Shown: one piece after another, positions 56,813-64,000 of the stretch
Layout of the letters: the number at the start of each line of letters is the position of its first letter
How positions within the stretch are numbered: the first letter of the stretch is position 1
Origin: an uncultured Bacillales bacterium
Lineage (GTDB): Bacteria > Bacillota_I > Bacilli_A > RF39 > UBA660
NCBI GenBank assembly: GCA_946410555.1
Contig: CAMKAT010000003.1
Location: forward strand, 5,007-69,006
Reading direction: 5' to 3'
Length of the DNA: 64,000 nucleotides
Notes under the pieces: model-generated
Told to the model about the DNA's origin: nothing
The model's input: only the letters and a program-made list of their open reading frames with translations
Database searches by the model: none
Translations under genes and position numbers: made by a program

Positions 56813-57367
56813 TTATTTAAGCATTAATCTTAAAGCATCTTTTATTTGTTCTTCTAAACTCTTAGTGTAATCAATGTTAGGTAAAACTTTCTTAATTTCT
56901 GGCTTCTTATATCCTAAGTTATCTAATACTTCAACAAGTTCATTAGAACCAACTGATGCACTTTCATTACCAGAAACAGCAAGTTTACCTTTTAAGTCTA
57001 AGATAATTTGTCTTGCTAGTTTATCTCCTACCTTAGGGAACTTAGTTAAATATAAAACATTTTCTCTATCAATTGCATCTATGATTCCATCAGGTGAACC
57101 TGTTGCAAACATAGGAAGTGCAATCTTAGGACCTAATCCTTTAACATTAATAAGTTTTAAGAATAACTCTTTTTCTTCTTCAGTTTTAAAACCGAATAAA
57201 GCTTGTGAGTTTTCAGTTATATGATGATATAAATATACTTTATATTCTTTACCTATCTCAAAAGCATATGGATTTGATACATAAACATCATATCCAATAC
57301 CATTATTATCTACTACTATTAAAGCAGATGTTTGATCTACTATTGTACCTTTTATGTAATTATACAT
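56813..57367 (-). CDS. ruvA: Holliday junction DNA-binding protein RuvA
   Basis: [10 protein letters not shown]...[11 protein letters not shown]-fold start and the HhH region [13 protein letters not shown]. Immediately upstream of ruvB. Confidence 0.9.
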   Translation of the reverse strand: MYNYIKGTIVDQTSALIVVDNNGIGYDVYVSNPYAFEIGKEYKVYLYHHITENSQALFGFKTEEEKELFLKLINVKGLGPKIALPMFATGSPDGIIDAIDRENVLYLTKFPKVGDKLARQIILDLKGKLAVSGNESASVGSNELVEVLDNLGYKKPEIKKVLPNIDYTKSLEEQIKDALRLMLK

Positions 57368-57387
57368 ATAATCACCATCCTGAAATA

Positions 57388-57411
57388 ATTATATCATACA
57401 TTCGTACGAAT
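57388..57411 (-). promoter_or_regulatory. ruvA promoter: extended -10 (TGATATAAT) with the 12-bp perfect palindrome ATTCGTACGAAT over the spacer/-35 region
   Basis: -10 at 57388-57393 with TG at 57395-57396. Palindrome at 57400-57411. Confidence 0.45.
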
Positions 57412-57433
57412 ATATCTATTAATTTATTATTTT

Positions 57434-57465
57434 TCAAAAAAAATACTTGATAAAATCAAGTATTT
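57434..57465 (-). terminator. Intrinsic terminator after the three small membrane-protein genes
   Basis: 11-bp perfect stem AAATACTTGAT / ATCAAGTATTT with a 3-nt loop, followed on the minus strand by TTTTTTTTGAAAAA. Confidence 0.75.
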
Positions 57466-57483
57466 TATATTTAAAGAAAAAAT

Positions 57484-58116
57484 CTATTCTTCCGTATAAT
57501 AAACCATTGCATGAATATCATCAGGAGACCATAAATGCCATTCACCACCATGTCTGGTTAGAGTATCATTTTCAGGATTATATGTATAAACCAATTTATT
57601 ATTAATAACCTTTTTAGTTTGTTTAGTTATTGTAGTACTACTGGCATTTTTCATTTCTAATATATCTCTTACTTCAATATCAGATTTAATAGTAATAACG
57701 TTATCCACTTCAGTGTATGAACAATTATTACCAATATAAAAATAATAAATACCCCGTTTAGTTTCATAATCTTGTAAATATACTCCTGAAAAATCTTTAA
57801 AATTTAAATAACACCAACCATTATCACCAAAAGTTATTTTACCAGATTTATAATTTGTAGTTTTTACAATTATAAATTCTTTATTTAAATATTTTCTTTG
57901 TTTTTTAGTTGTTGTCTCAGTGGTTTCAGTTGTACTTTCAGGATTAATACTAATGCGATTATTTTCTCTTTTATCAAAAGTTAATACTAATAATATTATT
58001 ATAATAAAAACAATTAATAAGCACTTAATAATTTTTTGAGAATTAAAATTATTACTATTTTTTATTTTTTTCTTAGTAGTCTTTTTAATATTCTTTTTAG
58101 TTTTCTTTTTAGTCAT
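57484..58116 (-). CDS. Type-II membrane-anchored hypothetical protein (210 aa)
   Basis: Lys-rich N-terminus, one TM (IIKCLLIVFIIIILLVLTF), a Thr/Glu-rich linker and an extracytoplasmic beta-rich domain. Overlaps the upstream gene by 8 nt. Confidence 0.6.
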   Translation of the reverse strand: MTKKKTKKNIKKTTKKKIKNSNNFNSQKIIKCLLIVFIIIILLVLTFDKRENNRISINPESTTETTETTTKKQRKYLNKEFIIVKTTNYKSGKITFGDNGWCYLNFKDFSGVYLQDYETKRGIYYFYIGNNCSYTEVDNVITIKSDIEVRDILEMKNASSTTITKQTKKVINNKLVYTYNPENDTLTRHGGEWHLWSPDDIHAMVYYTEE

Positions 58117-58501
58117 TATTTTTCTCCTTTGTAAAACATTTAAAGGAAGAATTTAATTCATCATCTACTGTAACTTCACCATTTTCTACAATCTTCATTC
58201 TTTCCGCAATTATATAATAATCATAGTATCTAAAAGTTGTTTCAATTTCTGTAATATAGCCATTATTATTTCCGCTAATAGTACATAATATCTCGTTTCC
58301 TAATTTATATGTGCAATCGCTCTTTCTTATAGAATCAAATTTTTCAGAAATACACGCTTTATAGTCATATGGTAGATTTTTATTAAAAAACATATCATAA
58401 ACAACTATAGCTAAAAGTATAATAACGATAACTAGTAAAATAGATGATATAGGTAGTATATACTTATAAAGATTAAACTTCTTTTTATTCACTTTTTTCA
58501 T
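58109..58501 (-). CDS. Type-II membrane-anchored small protein (130 aa), paralogue of 58520..58906
   Basis: Basic N-terminus and one TM. Shares the pattern DY[KI].C[IL]S.KF...(D/G)(C/S)...I(L/I)C with the upstream gene. Confidence 0.6.
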   Translation of the reverse strand: MKKVNKKKFNLYKYILPISSILLVIVIILLAIVVYDMFFNKNLPYDYKACISEKFDSIRKSDCTYKLGNEILCTISGNNNGYITEIETTFRYYDYYIIAERMKIVENGEVTVDDELNSSFKCFTKEKNND

Positions 58502-58519
58502 TTGACCTGATCACCAATA

Positions 58520-58906
58520 TTAATCACATAATACTTTCTCATTATAATAATATTCTTTATAAAGCACATCATTTATATATACTTCTAATTTTTCATATGC
58601 AATACCATTACCTACTGTTGTTTGAAATTTATTTCTATATCTTGTATTACCTGATACTCTTTCACAAATAATTATACCACCTGATTTACTACAGGATCCT
58701 AAATCCGACATCTTAAATTTACTCAAACATTTTATATAATCTGTAGAATTATCATCCGAATTAATTCCCATATGTAAAATACAAGGAATAGCAATGATAA
58801 AAATGATGCCACTTATAATTATACCAGTTAATTGCACGCCCAAATTATTGTTATTTTCACTGCTGTCATTTTGTTTTTTGGCGGTTTTTTTCTTCCCTTT
58901 ACTCAT
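58520..58906 (-). CDS. Type-II membrane-anchored small protein (128 aa)
   Basis: GGAGAG SD 9 nt upstream of ATG 58906. Basic N-terminus, one TM (LTGIIISGIIFIIAIPCIL) and a Cys-containing ectodomain. Confidence 0.6.
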   Translation of the reverse strand: MSKGKKKTAKKQNDSSENNNNLGVQLTGIIISGIIFIIAIPCILHMGINSDDNSTDYIKCLSKFKMSDLGSCSKSGGIIICERVSGNTRYRNKFQTTVGNGIAYEKLEVYINDVLYKEYYYNEKVLCD

Positions 58907-58928
58907 ATAAACACACTCTCCTAGTTGA

Positions 58929-58967
58929 ATAATAATACGACCCCCCCCTCTGTCAACTTTGTTGACA
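58929..58967 (-). promoter_or_regulatory. Candidate promoter (TTGACA - 16 nt spacer containing G8 - TATTAT) with the inverted repeat TGTCAAC-TTT-GTTGACA over the -35
   Basis: Minus strand reads TTGTCAACAAAGTTGACAGAGGGGGGGGTCGTATTATTATTCAACTAGGAGAG..ATG. The -35 is perfect (58951-58956) and the -10 candidate is 58929-58934. Confidence 0.45.
58941..58948. repeat. Homopolymeric C8/G8 tract
   Basis: cccccccc at 58941-58948 in a genome that is otherwise extremely AT-rich. I noticed no other G/C run of comparable length while reading the window. Confidence 0.9.
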
Positions 58968-58989
58968 ACTTTTCATTTGTGTTTACACA

Positions 58990-59021
58990 CAAAACAAAAA
59001 AGTTGCTAAATTAGCAACTTT
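58990..59021 (-). terminator. Intrinsic terminator after polC
   Basis: 9-bp stem AAAGTTGCT / AGCAACTTT with a 5-nt loop directly after the stop, followed on the minus strand by TTTTGTTTTG. Confidence 0.7.
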
Positions 59022-62000
59022 TAAAATAACGATAATTGATTTGATTCACTTAAGTTTTGGAATACTCCTAAATCCTTAAGTTTTTCCATTGCACTTGTTG
59101 GACATTTACCTCTATTATGTAAATCTTCTTGAGATATAAATGGCATCTTTTTACGTTCTTCAATAATCTTCATTGCAACGTTTTCACCTAATCCATCAAT
59201 TGCACAGAAAGGAATAATAAGACCTTTACCATCTTCAGTTATAACGAAATCTTTTGCTTCACTCTTTTCAATATCAATATTCTTGAAATAGAATCCTCTA
59301 GCACACATCTCTAAACATAAAAGAAGTGTATCTTTTTTGTCTTTATCTACATCTGATAAGTTTGGAGTTAAATCCATTTCATCTATTTTATCTCTGATTC
59401 CTTTTTCACCTTGGATCATTGATGCTACATCAAATTTATCTCTTCTTATTGAAAGGTATGCACAATAATACCAAATTGGATGATGTACTTTAAACCATGC
59501 AATTCTAAATGCACTTGTTACATATGCTGTGGCATGCGCTTTAGGAAACATGTATTTAATCTTTCTACATGAATCAATATACCATTCAGGAATATTATGT
59601 TCTCTCATGTATTCAGCATGTTCTTTCCATGTTGCTGGATCTTTACTTGCTTTACCTTTACGTACAAATTCCATTATCTTGAAGGCTTTACCTGCAGGCA
59701 ATCCCCAAGCTATTAAGTTAACCATGATATCATCACGACAACCAATTACATTTTTAAATGGTACTTGAATTACTCCTTCTTCATTTGGAGTACATAAATC
59801 TTTAGCATTTCCAAGCCATACATCAGTACCATGAGATAGACCTGAGATTTTTATAAGTTCACCAAATGTTGTTGGTTTAGTATCTTCAAGCATTCCTAAT
59901 GTAAATGGTGTACCAAACTCTGGGATACCTAGAGTTCCAGTTGGACAATATTTAACTCCATCTTTAATAAGACCCCTTAGTTTAGTTGGTTCTAAATCAA
60001 TTGGATTTCCATCTGCTGTATATTTTCCAAGTATCTTAGGGCTTGTGAAAATAGACATTGTATCTAAGTCTCCTAAGTCGATATCATTTACATCTATTCC
60101 AGATAACTCACCTAGTTTTCTTAATACTGTTGGGTCATCGTGACCTAGTATATCAAGTTTAAGAAGGTCTGCTTCAATCTTATGATAATCGAAGTGTGTT
60201 GTTCTCCATTCAGCAGTAGGATCATCTGCTGGATATTGGAATGGTGTGAAATCCCAAACATCTTTATAACCCGGAACTACTACGATACCACCTGGGTGTT
60301 GCCCTGTAGTTCTTTTAACTCCAGTACATCCAATTGCTTGTCTTTCAACTTCAACATCTCTAATATCACATTTAATTAATTTTTTCTTCTTTAAGTCATC
60401 TTTAGAAGCAACTTTTATACCATACATCTTAGCTTCTTGAACTAAATCATTATATTCTTGATCTTCATAGAATCCTTGAACATAACCAAATGCTGTTTTA
60501 TCTGCAACTGTACCAATAGTACCTGCTCTATAAACATTATCAGTACCAAATAATACTTTAGTATAAGCATGTGCTGATGCTTGGTTTAATCCTGAAAAGT
60601 TAAGGTCGATATCTGGTACCTTTTCTCCAGCAAATCCTAGGAATGTTGCAAATGGCATGTCATTTCCTTGGTGAATCATAAGTGTTCCACATTCAGGACA
60701 ATTTTTGTTTGGTAAGTCATATCCACTTGCATATTTTTCAGCATAAGCATGTCCTTCTGAATCAACAAATTCATTATGACAACACTTAGGGCAATAATAA
60801 TGTGCAGGTAATCCATTACATTCAGTAATACCCATCATTGATGCTACAAACGATGAACCTACGGAACCACGGGAACCTACTAAGAATCCATCATCATTTG
60901 AGTGTTTAACTAGCTTTTGAGCAATAAGATAAATAACGTCGAAACCTCCACCAATAATTCCTGTAAGTTTTAGTTTGGCTTTTTCTATTGCTTCTTCTTC
61001 ACTTAATTCTGGTTCTTCTTTTTTGATTTCTTCAGTTTTAAGTTTAACTACTCCATCATATCCTGACATAATTACATCATGAAGATAACTTGAGAACATA
61101 TTATCTCTTTCTTCTTCAGACATATTTGGATATTCTTCTTCCATATGAGCTTTAACTAAATCAGTTATTTTATCTCCATAGAATTCTTGAGCAATACGCT
61201 CTTCGATATTTCTTGGAAGTGGATCTCCATACATTGAATGAGCTTTATTAAATACTAAATCTCTACATATTTCTTGTGAATGTTCAATGATTGGAGAATA
61301 AGGTTTTTCTGGATAATCTATAACTTCAATTTCTTCAAGTTCAGAGATTATCTTATTAGGGTTTTCTATAACCATTTCATGTATTAACTTATCATCTTTT
61401 AAGAATGCAAATGCATCTAACATTTCTTTAGTAGTTCTAAAGAATTGATTTGGAATTGATCCATGTTGTGTAACACCAGTATTACTAAACTTAGCTAGTA
61501 ATTTAAATGTTCCAGTTGATGGATCTATAGTAATAATATTTGCTATTTGAAGTTTTCTTAGAGACTTCTCAATAGCGCTTTTCTTATCATCTTCATTTTT
61601 TATTTGTTCTAGTTCATCGCTAGATTTTAACTCTTTTGGAGTTGAATAAATACTTAGGATATTCATTGCACTAATTGGAATAGATTTAAATCCATTAAGT
61701 ACATAAATGTATTTTAAAATCTTTTTATCAAAATCTGATAAACTTACTCCATTTCTTTCAGCTTTCTTAATAGCTTCTTCAAGATTTGTTTTATTAACTG
61801 GAGTCTTTGGTTTAGACTTTAAGCATCTTGCTAATACATGTCTTCCTTTACCAGGTACATTTTGATTAACAATTATCTCTCTTGATAAAACGTCTTCTGG
61901 ATTTAAGTTATGTACATCACCAGATGCAATTAACATCTTACCTGTTTCTTTAGCACACTTAATAATCTTTTTAACAAGTTTTACTAAATGATCCATATTA

Positions 62001-64000
62001 TTAATATCATGTGAATCAATTAAATATTTATAATTATCAAGTGGTTGAACTTCTATATAATCATAGAATTCCATAGCGCGCTTTAACTCTTCTTCTCCAC
62101 GAGTAAGTGCAATATTAAATATTTCACCATTAAGACAAGCAGAACCTACAAAACAATTTTCTCTTAATTCATTAACTAGTCTTCTTGGAATTCTTGCATT
62201 TCTACTTAAAAAATTAGTATTAGCAAAACTAATAATCTTAAATAGATTTTTAAGACCAGCATGATTCTTAGCAATTATAGTTATATGTTTAACTGAATCA
62301 TAATCATTAGCTATGTTTTCAGTGAAAGTTTCCGCTGGAATATTTTCATACATTTGAAGGTTATCTTTATGACACCAATCAAACTTCCATGAATATCCTT
62401 CCACTCCATAATCCTCGAAAGGATTTTCTGGATTAGTATCACTATCCATCTTTATCTTAATATAGTTTTTATATGAAACCATATCTTGAATATTCTTCAT
62501 ATATCTTGGATTATTTTTAATAGATATACTTTCTAATAAACCTAAATCATTAAGTTCATTAAGTGTTTTAATGCCATCGATTTGTTTAAGCATACTATTA
62601 AAGATTAATGCAGTATTTTCAGAGTCGACATCTGCACCATGGTGTTGACCAACATAAATAGAATAATCTATTTTGTATTCTTGTAATCCGTTTGTAATAA
62701 CAATTGGAATGTTGTTTTCAGCTGGATTAAGTTTAATCTTTCCAGTTTGAGATACAACGCTAAAGTCATCATTATTAAGGGTTACTTCAAAAGTAATATA
62801 TTCAGTTTTAGAACCAATATATTTCTTGATTAAACTGTATTCTTTTTTATAACCTTTAACTACAGTTTCAGTTGAAACATCTCTGATATCTTTTTCAGTT
62901 GTAGTTATATTTAAAATAGATTCACCATCTAGTTTTACATCTTGGATAATAGCTCCAGCTTCTTCTGGAACATCAAAAGTAGCGTTATCTCCATTATCTT
63001 CATCGTCATCAGCGTCTCCCTCGCCTGTATCAACTCCATAGTTTTTACCTAAGGCAGCAAGTGAATGACGTTTTAAATCTCTATTAATAACTCTAGATAA
63101 ATTTAAAGTATCTATGATTGGATTCTTTAGGGGACCTAAATCATATTTTAGATAAGCCATATCAAGCATATTTTTATCGAATTTAGCATTATGAGCAACT
63201 AATGGAAGATCTTCAATCCATTCTTTAAATCTCTTAGTTACGTTTTCCTCATTATCTGCATCTTTAACATCATCATCACTAATGTTTGTAACTCTAGTGA
63301 TTGCTTCATCAATGTGATGCCCAGGATTAATAAGTTCATCAAAACGATCAACAACTTCACCATGTTTAATCTTAACTCCACCGATTTCAATCATAGAGTC
63401 ACCTAAACCTGGGTTGAAACCTGTTGTTTCAGTATCGAATACTACGAATGTTTGATCTTTAAGAGGTCTTTCATCTGCATTGAAACAAACATTAAGGTAA
63501 GAATCAAACATATCAAGTTCTACACCATAAGCTGCTTTAAATGGTACGTAATTCTTCTTTTCATTACGTAATTCCTCGTTCATTTCTTCAAGTGCTTTTA
63601 TTCCTTCGACATTACCTGACTCTCTTAATTCTTCGATAGTTTTTTCATTTTCTTTTATCTTTTCATCAAATTCTTTTTTCTTTGATTTGTTGTATTTAGT
63701 TACTTTATCAAATACATGTGGGAATGCTTGACAACAATCGTGGTCAGTAATTGCAATACCTTTATGTCCAAATTTAATAGCAGTATCAACTAACTTTTCT
63801 TCATCAATAACTCCATCCATTTGAGACATCATAGTATGTGCATGCATCTCAACACGTTTTTCAGGATAATCATCTTTTCTTGAAACAATCGGAGAATCAA
63901 TACCTTCATAAGTTCTCATATTGAATACTAAGTCATGAGCATATTGATCATCTCTTACTTGTCCTGTGAAATGATACCAATTACCCTTCTTAAGTTCTTT
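59021..64000 (-). CDS. polC: DNA polymerase III alpha subunit, PolC type (5' end beyond the window)
   Basis: PHP HAHTMMSQMDG; exonuclease motifs FVVFDTETTGF, AHNAKFDKNML, HHGADVDSENTALIF; zinc module CPKCCHNEF...CPECG; polymerase core to the C-terminus. The frame stays open upstream of track Met 63919 to nt 64000 (KELKKGNWYHFTGQVRDDQYAHDLVFN, the end of the OB domain). Confidence 0.95.
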   Translation of the reverse strand, partial: KELKKGNWYHFTGQVRDDQYAHDLVFNMRTYEGIDSPIVSRKDDYPEKRVEMHAHTMMSQMDGVIDEEKLVDTAIKFGHKGIAITDHDCCQAFPHVFDKVTKYNKSKKKEFDEKIKENEKTIEELRESGNVEGIKALEEMNEELRNEKKNYVPFKAAYGVELDMFDSYLNVCFNADERPLKDQTFVVFDTETTGFNPGLGDSMIEIGGVKIKHGEVVDRFDELINPGHHIDEAITRVTNISDDDVKDADNEENVTKRFKEWIEDLPLVAHNAKFDKNMLDMAYLKYDLGPLKNPIIDTLNLSRVINRDLKRHSLAALGKNYGVDTGEGDADDDEDNGDNATFDVPEEAGAIIQDVKLDGESILNITTTEKDIRDVSTETVVKGYKKEYSLIKKYIGSKTEYITFEVTLNNDDFSVVSQTGKIKLNPAENNIPIVITNGLQEYKIDYSIYVGQHHGADVDSENTALIFNSMLKQIDGIKTLNELNDLGLLESISIKNNPRYMKNIQDMVSYKNYIKIKMDSDTNPENPFEDYGVEGYSWKFDWCHKDNLQMYENIPAETFTENIANDYDSVKHITIIAKNHAGLKNLFKIISFANTNFLSRNARIPRRLVNELRENCFVGSACLNGEIFNIALTRGEEELKRAMEFYDYIEVQPLDNYKYLIDSHDINNMDHLVKLVKKIIKCAKETGKMLIASGDVHNLNPEDVLSREIIVNQNVPGKGRHVLARCLKSKPKTPVNKTNLEEAIKKAERNGVSLSDFDKKILKYIYVLNGFKSIPISAMNILSIYSTPKELKSSDELEQIKNEDDKKSAIEKSLRKLQIANIITIDPSTGTFKLLAKFSNTGVTQHGSIPNQFFRTTKEMLDAFAFLKDDKLIHEMVIENPNKIISELEEIEVIDYPEKPYSPIIEHSQEICRDLVFNKAHSMYGDPLPRNIEERIAQEFYGDKITDLVKAHMEEEYPNMSEEERDNMFSSYLHDVIMSGYDGVVKLKTEEIKKEEPELSEEEAIEKAKLKLTGIIGGGFDVIYLIAQKLVKHSNDDGFLVGSRGSVGSSFVASMMGITECNGLPAHYYCPKCCHNEFVDSEGHAYAEKYASGYDLPNKNCPECGTLMIHQGNDMPFATFLGFAGEKVPDIDLNFSGLNQASAHAYTKVLFGTDNVYRAGTIGTVADKTAFGYVQGFYEDQEYNDLVQEAKMYGIKVASKDDLKKKKLIKCDIRDVEVERQAIGCTGVKRTTGQHPGGIVVVPGYKDVWDFTPFQYPADDPTAEWRTTHFDYHKIEADLLKLDILGHDDPTVLRKLGELSGIDVNDIDLGDLDTMSIFTSPKILGKYTADGNPIDLEPTKLRGLIKDGVKYCPTGTLGIPEFGTPFTLGMLEDTKPTTFGELIKISGLSHGTDVWLGNAKDLCTPNEEGVIQVPFKNVIGCRDDIMVNLIAWGLPAGKAFKIMEFVRKGKASKDPATWKEHAEYMREHNIPEWYIDSCRKIKYMFPKAHATAYVTSAFRIAWFKVHHPIWYYCAYLSIRRDKFDVASMIQGEKGIRDKIDEMDLTPNLSDVDKDKKDTLLLCLEMCARGFYFKNIDIEKSEAKDFVITEDGKGLIIPFCAIDGLGENVAMKIIEERKKMPFISQEDLHNRGKCPTSAMEKLKDLGVFQNLSESNQLSLF

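Noticed and set aside
62648-63031. Intein as the explanation for the large PolC insertions
   Set aside because: The insert boundaries lack the Cys/Ser/Thr N-terminal residue and the His-Asn + Cys/Ser/Thr C-terminal junction. No homing-endonuclease or Hint-like motifs are visible.

Overview
This is a 64-kb chromosomal segment from a very AT-rich, low-GC Gram-positive bacterium (roughly 25-30% GC by eye, not computed). PolC, a sortase-type sorting signal, dockerin-like modules and Firmicute-style SD sequences fit Bacillota, probably an Erysipelotrichia- or Clostridia-like organism. The exact taxon cannot be determined here. All but one of about 50 supported genes are on the minus strand.

The right end (51.4-64 kb) is core housekeeping. 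It holds polC (its 5' end runs off the window), three small type-II membrane proteins, ruvA-ruvB-queA-orf-tgt, a small membrane protein, rplS and lepB.

The left 51 kb is a cell-envelope/accessory region split into many short transcription units. Recurrent extended -10 promoters (TGnTATAAT / TGnTATACT) and clean intrinsic terminators define these units. Its contents are:
- two paralogous GH5 glycosidases with class-B-sortase-type NPKTG sorting signals
- an orphan prepilin-type protein
- three Tim44-like/zinc-ribbon proteins
- an OmpR-type two-component system co-transcribed with a GT4 glycosyltransferase
- two ABC exporters
- a GT-C-like membrane protein
- a phosphodiester glycosidase (the only plus-strand gene)
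- many hypothetical proteins

The most interesting locus is a terminator-bounded operon at 22.6-35.4 kb. It encodes three ~1,300-aa paralogues (beta-helix + BspA-type LRR + SGNH-like esterase + C-terminal dockerin-like module) and one membrane-anchored protein with a cohesin-like domain. I read this as a candidate non-cellulosomal cohesin-dockerin enzyme-display system.

Other notable signals:
- a C8/G8 homopolymer inside a promoter spacer (58941-58948)
- an 11-bp-phased direct repeat upstream of a small-ORF/ABC operon
- a gene broken by a single in-frame TAG
- a PolC expanded by several insertions
- three SD-preceded small ORFs absent from the ORF track

I saw no tRNA, rRNA, CRISPR array, transposase, integrase or phage structural genes.

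All calls come from reading the sequence and the ORF track by eye. No searches or folding were run. Coordinates of non-CDS features are accurate to about +/-2 nt.
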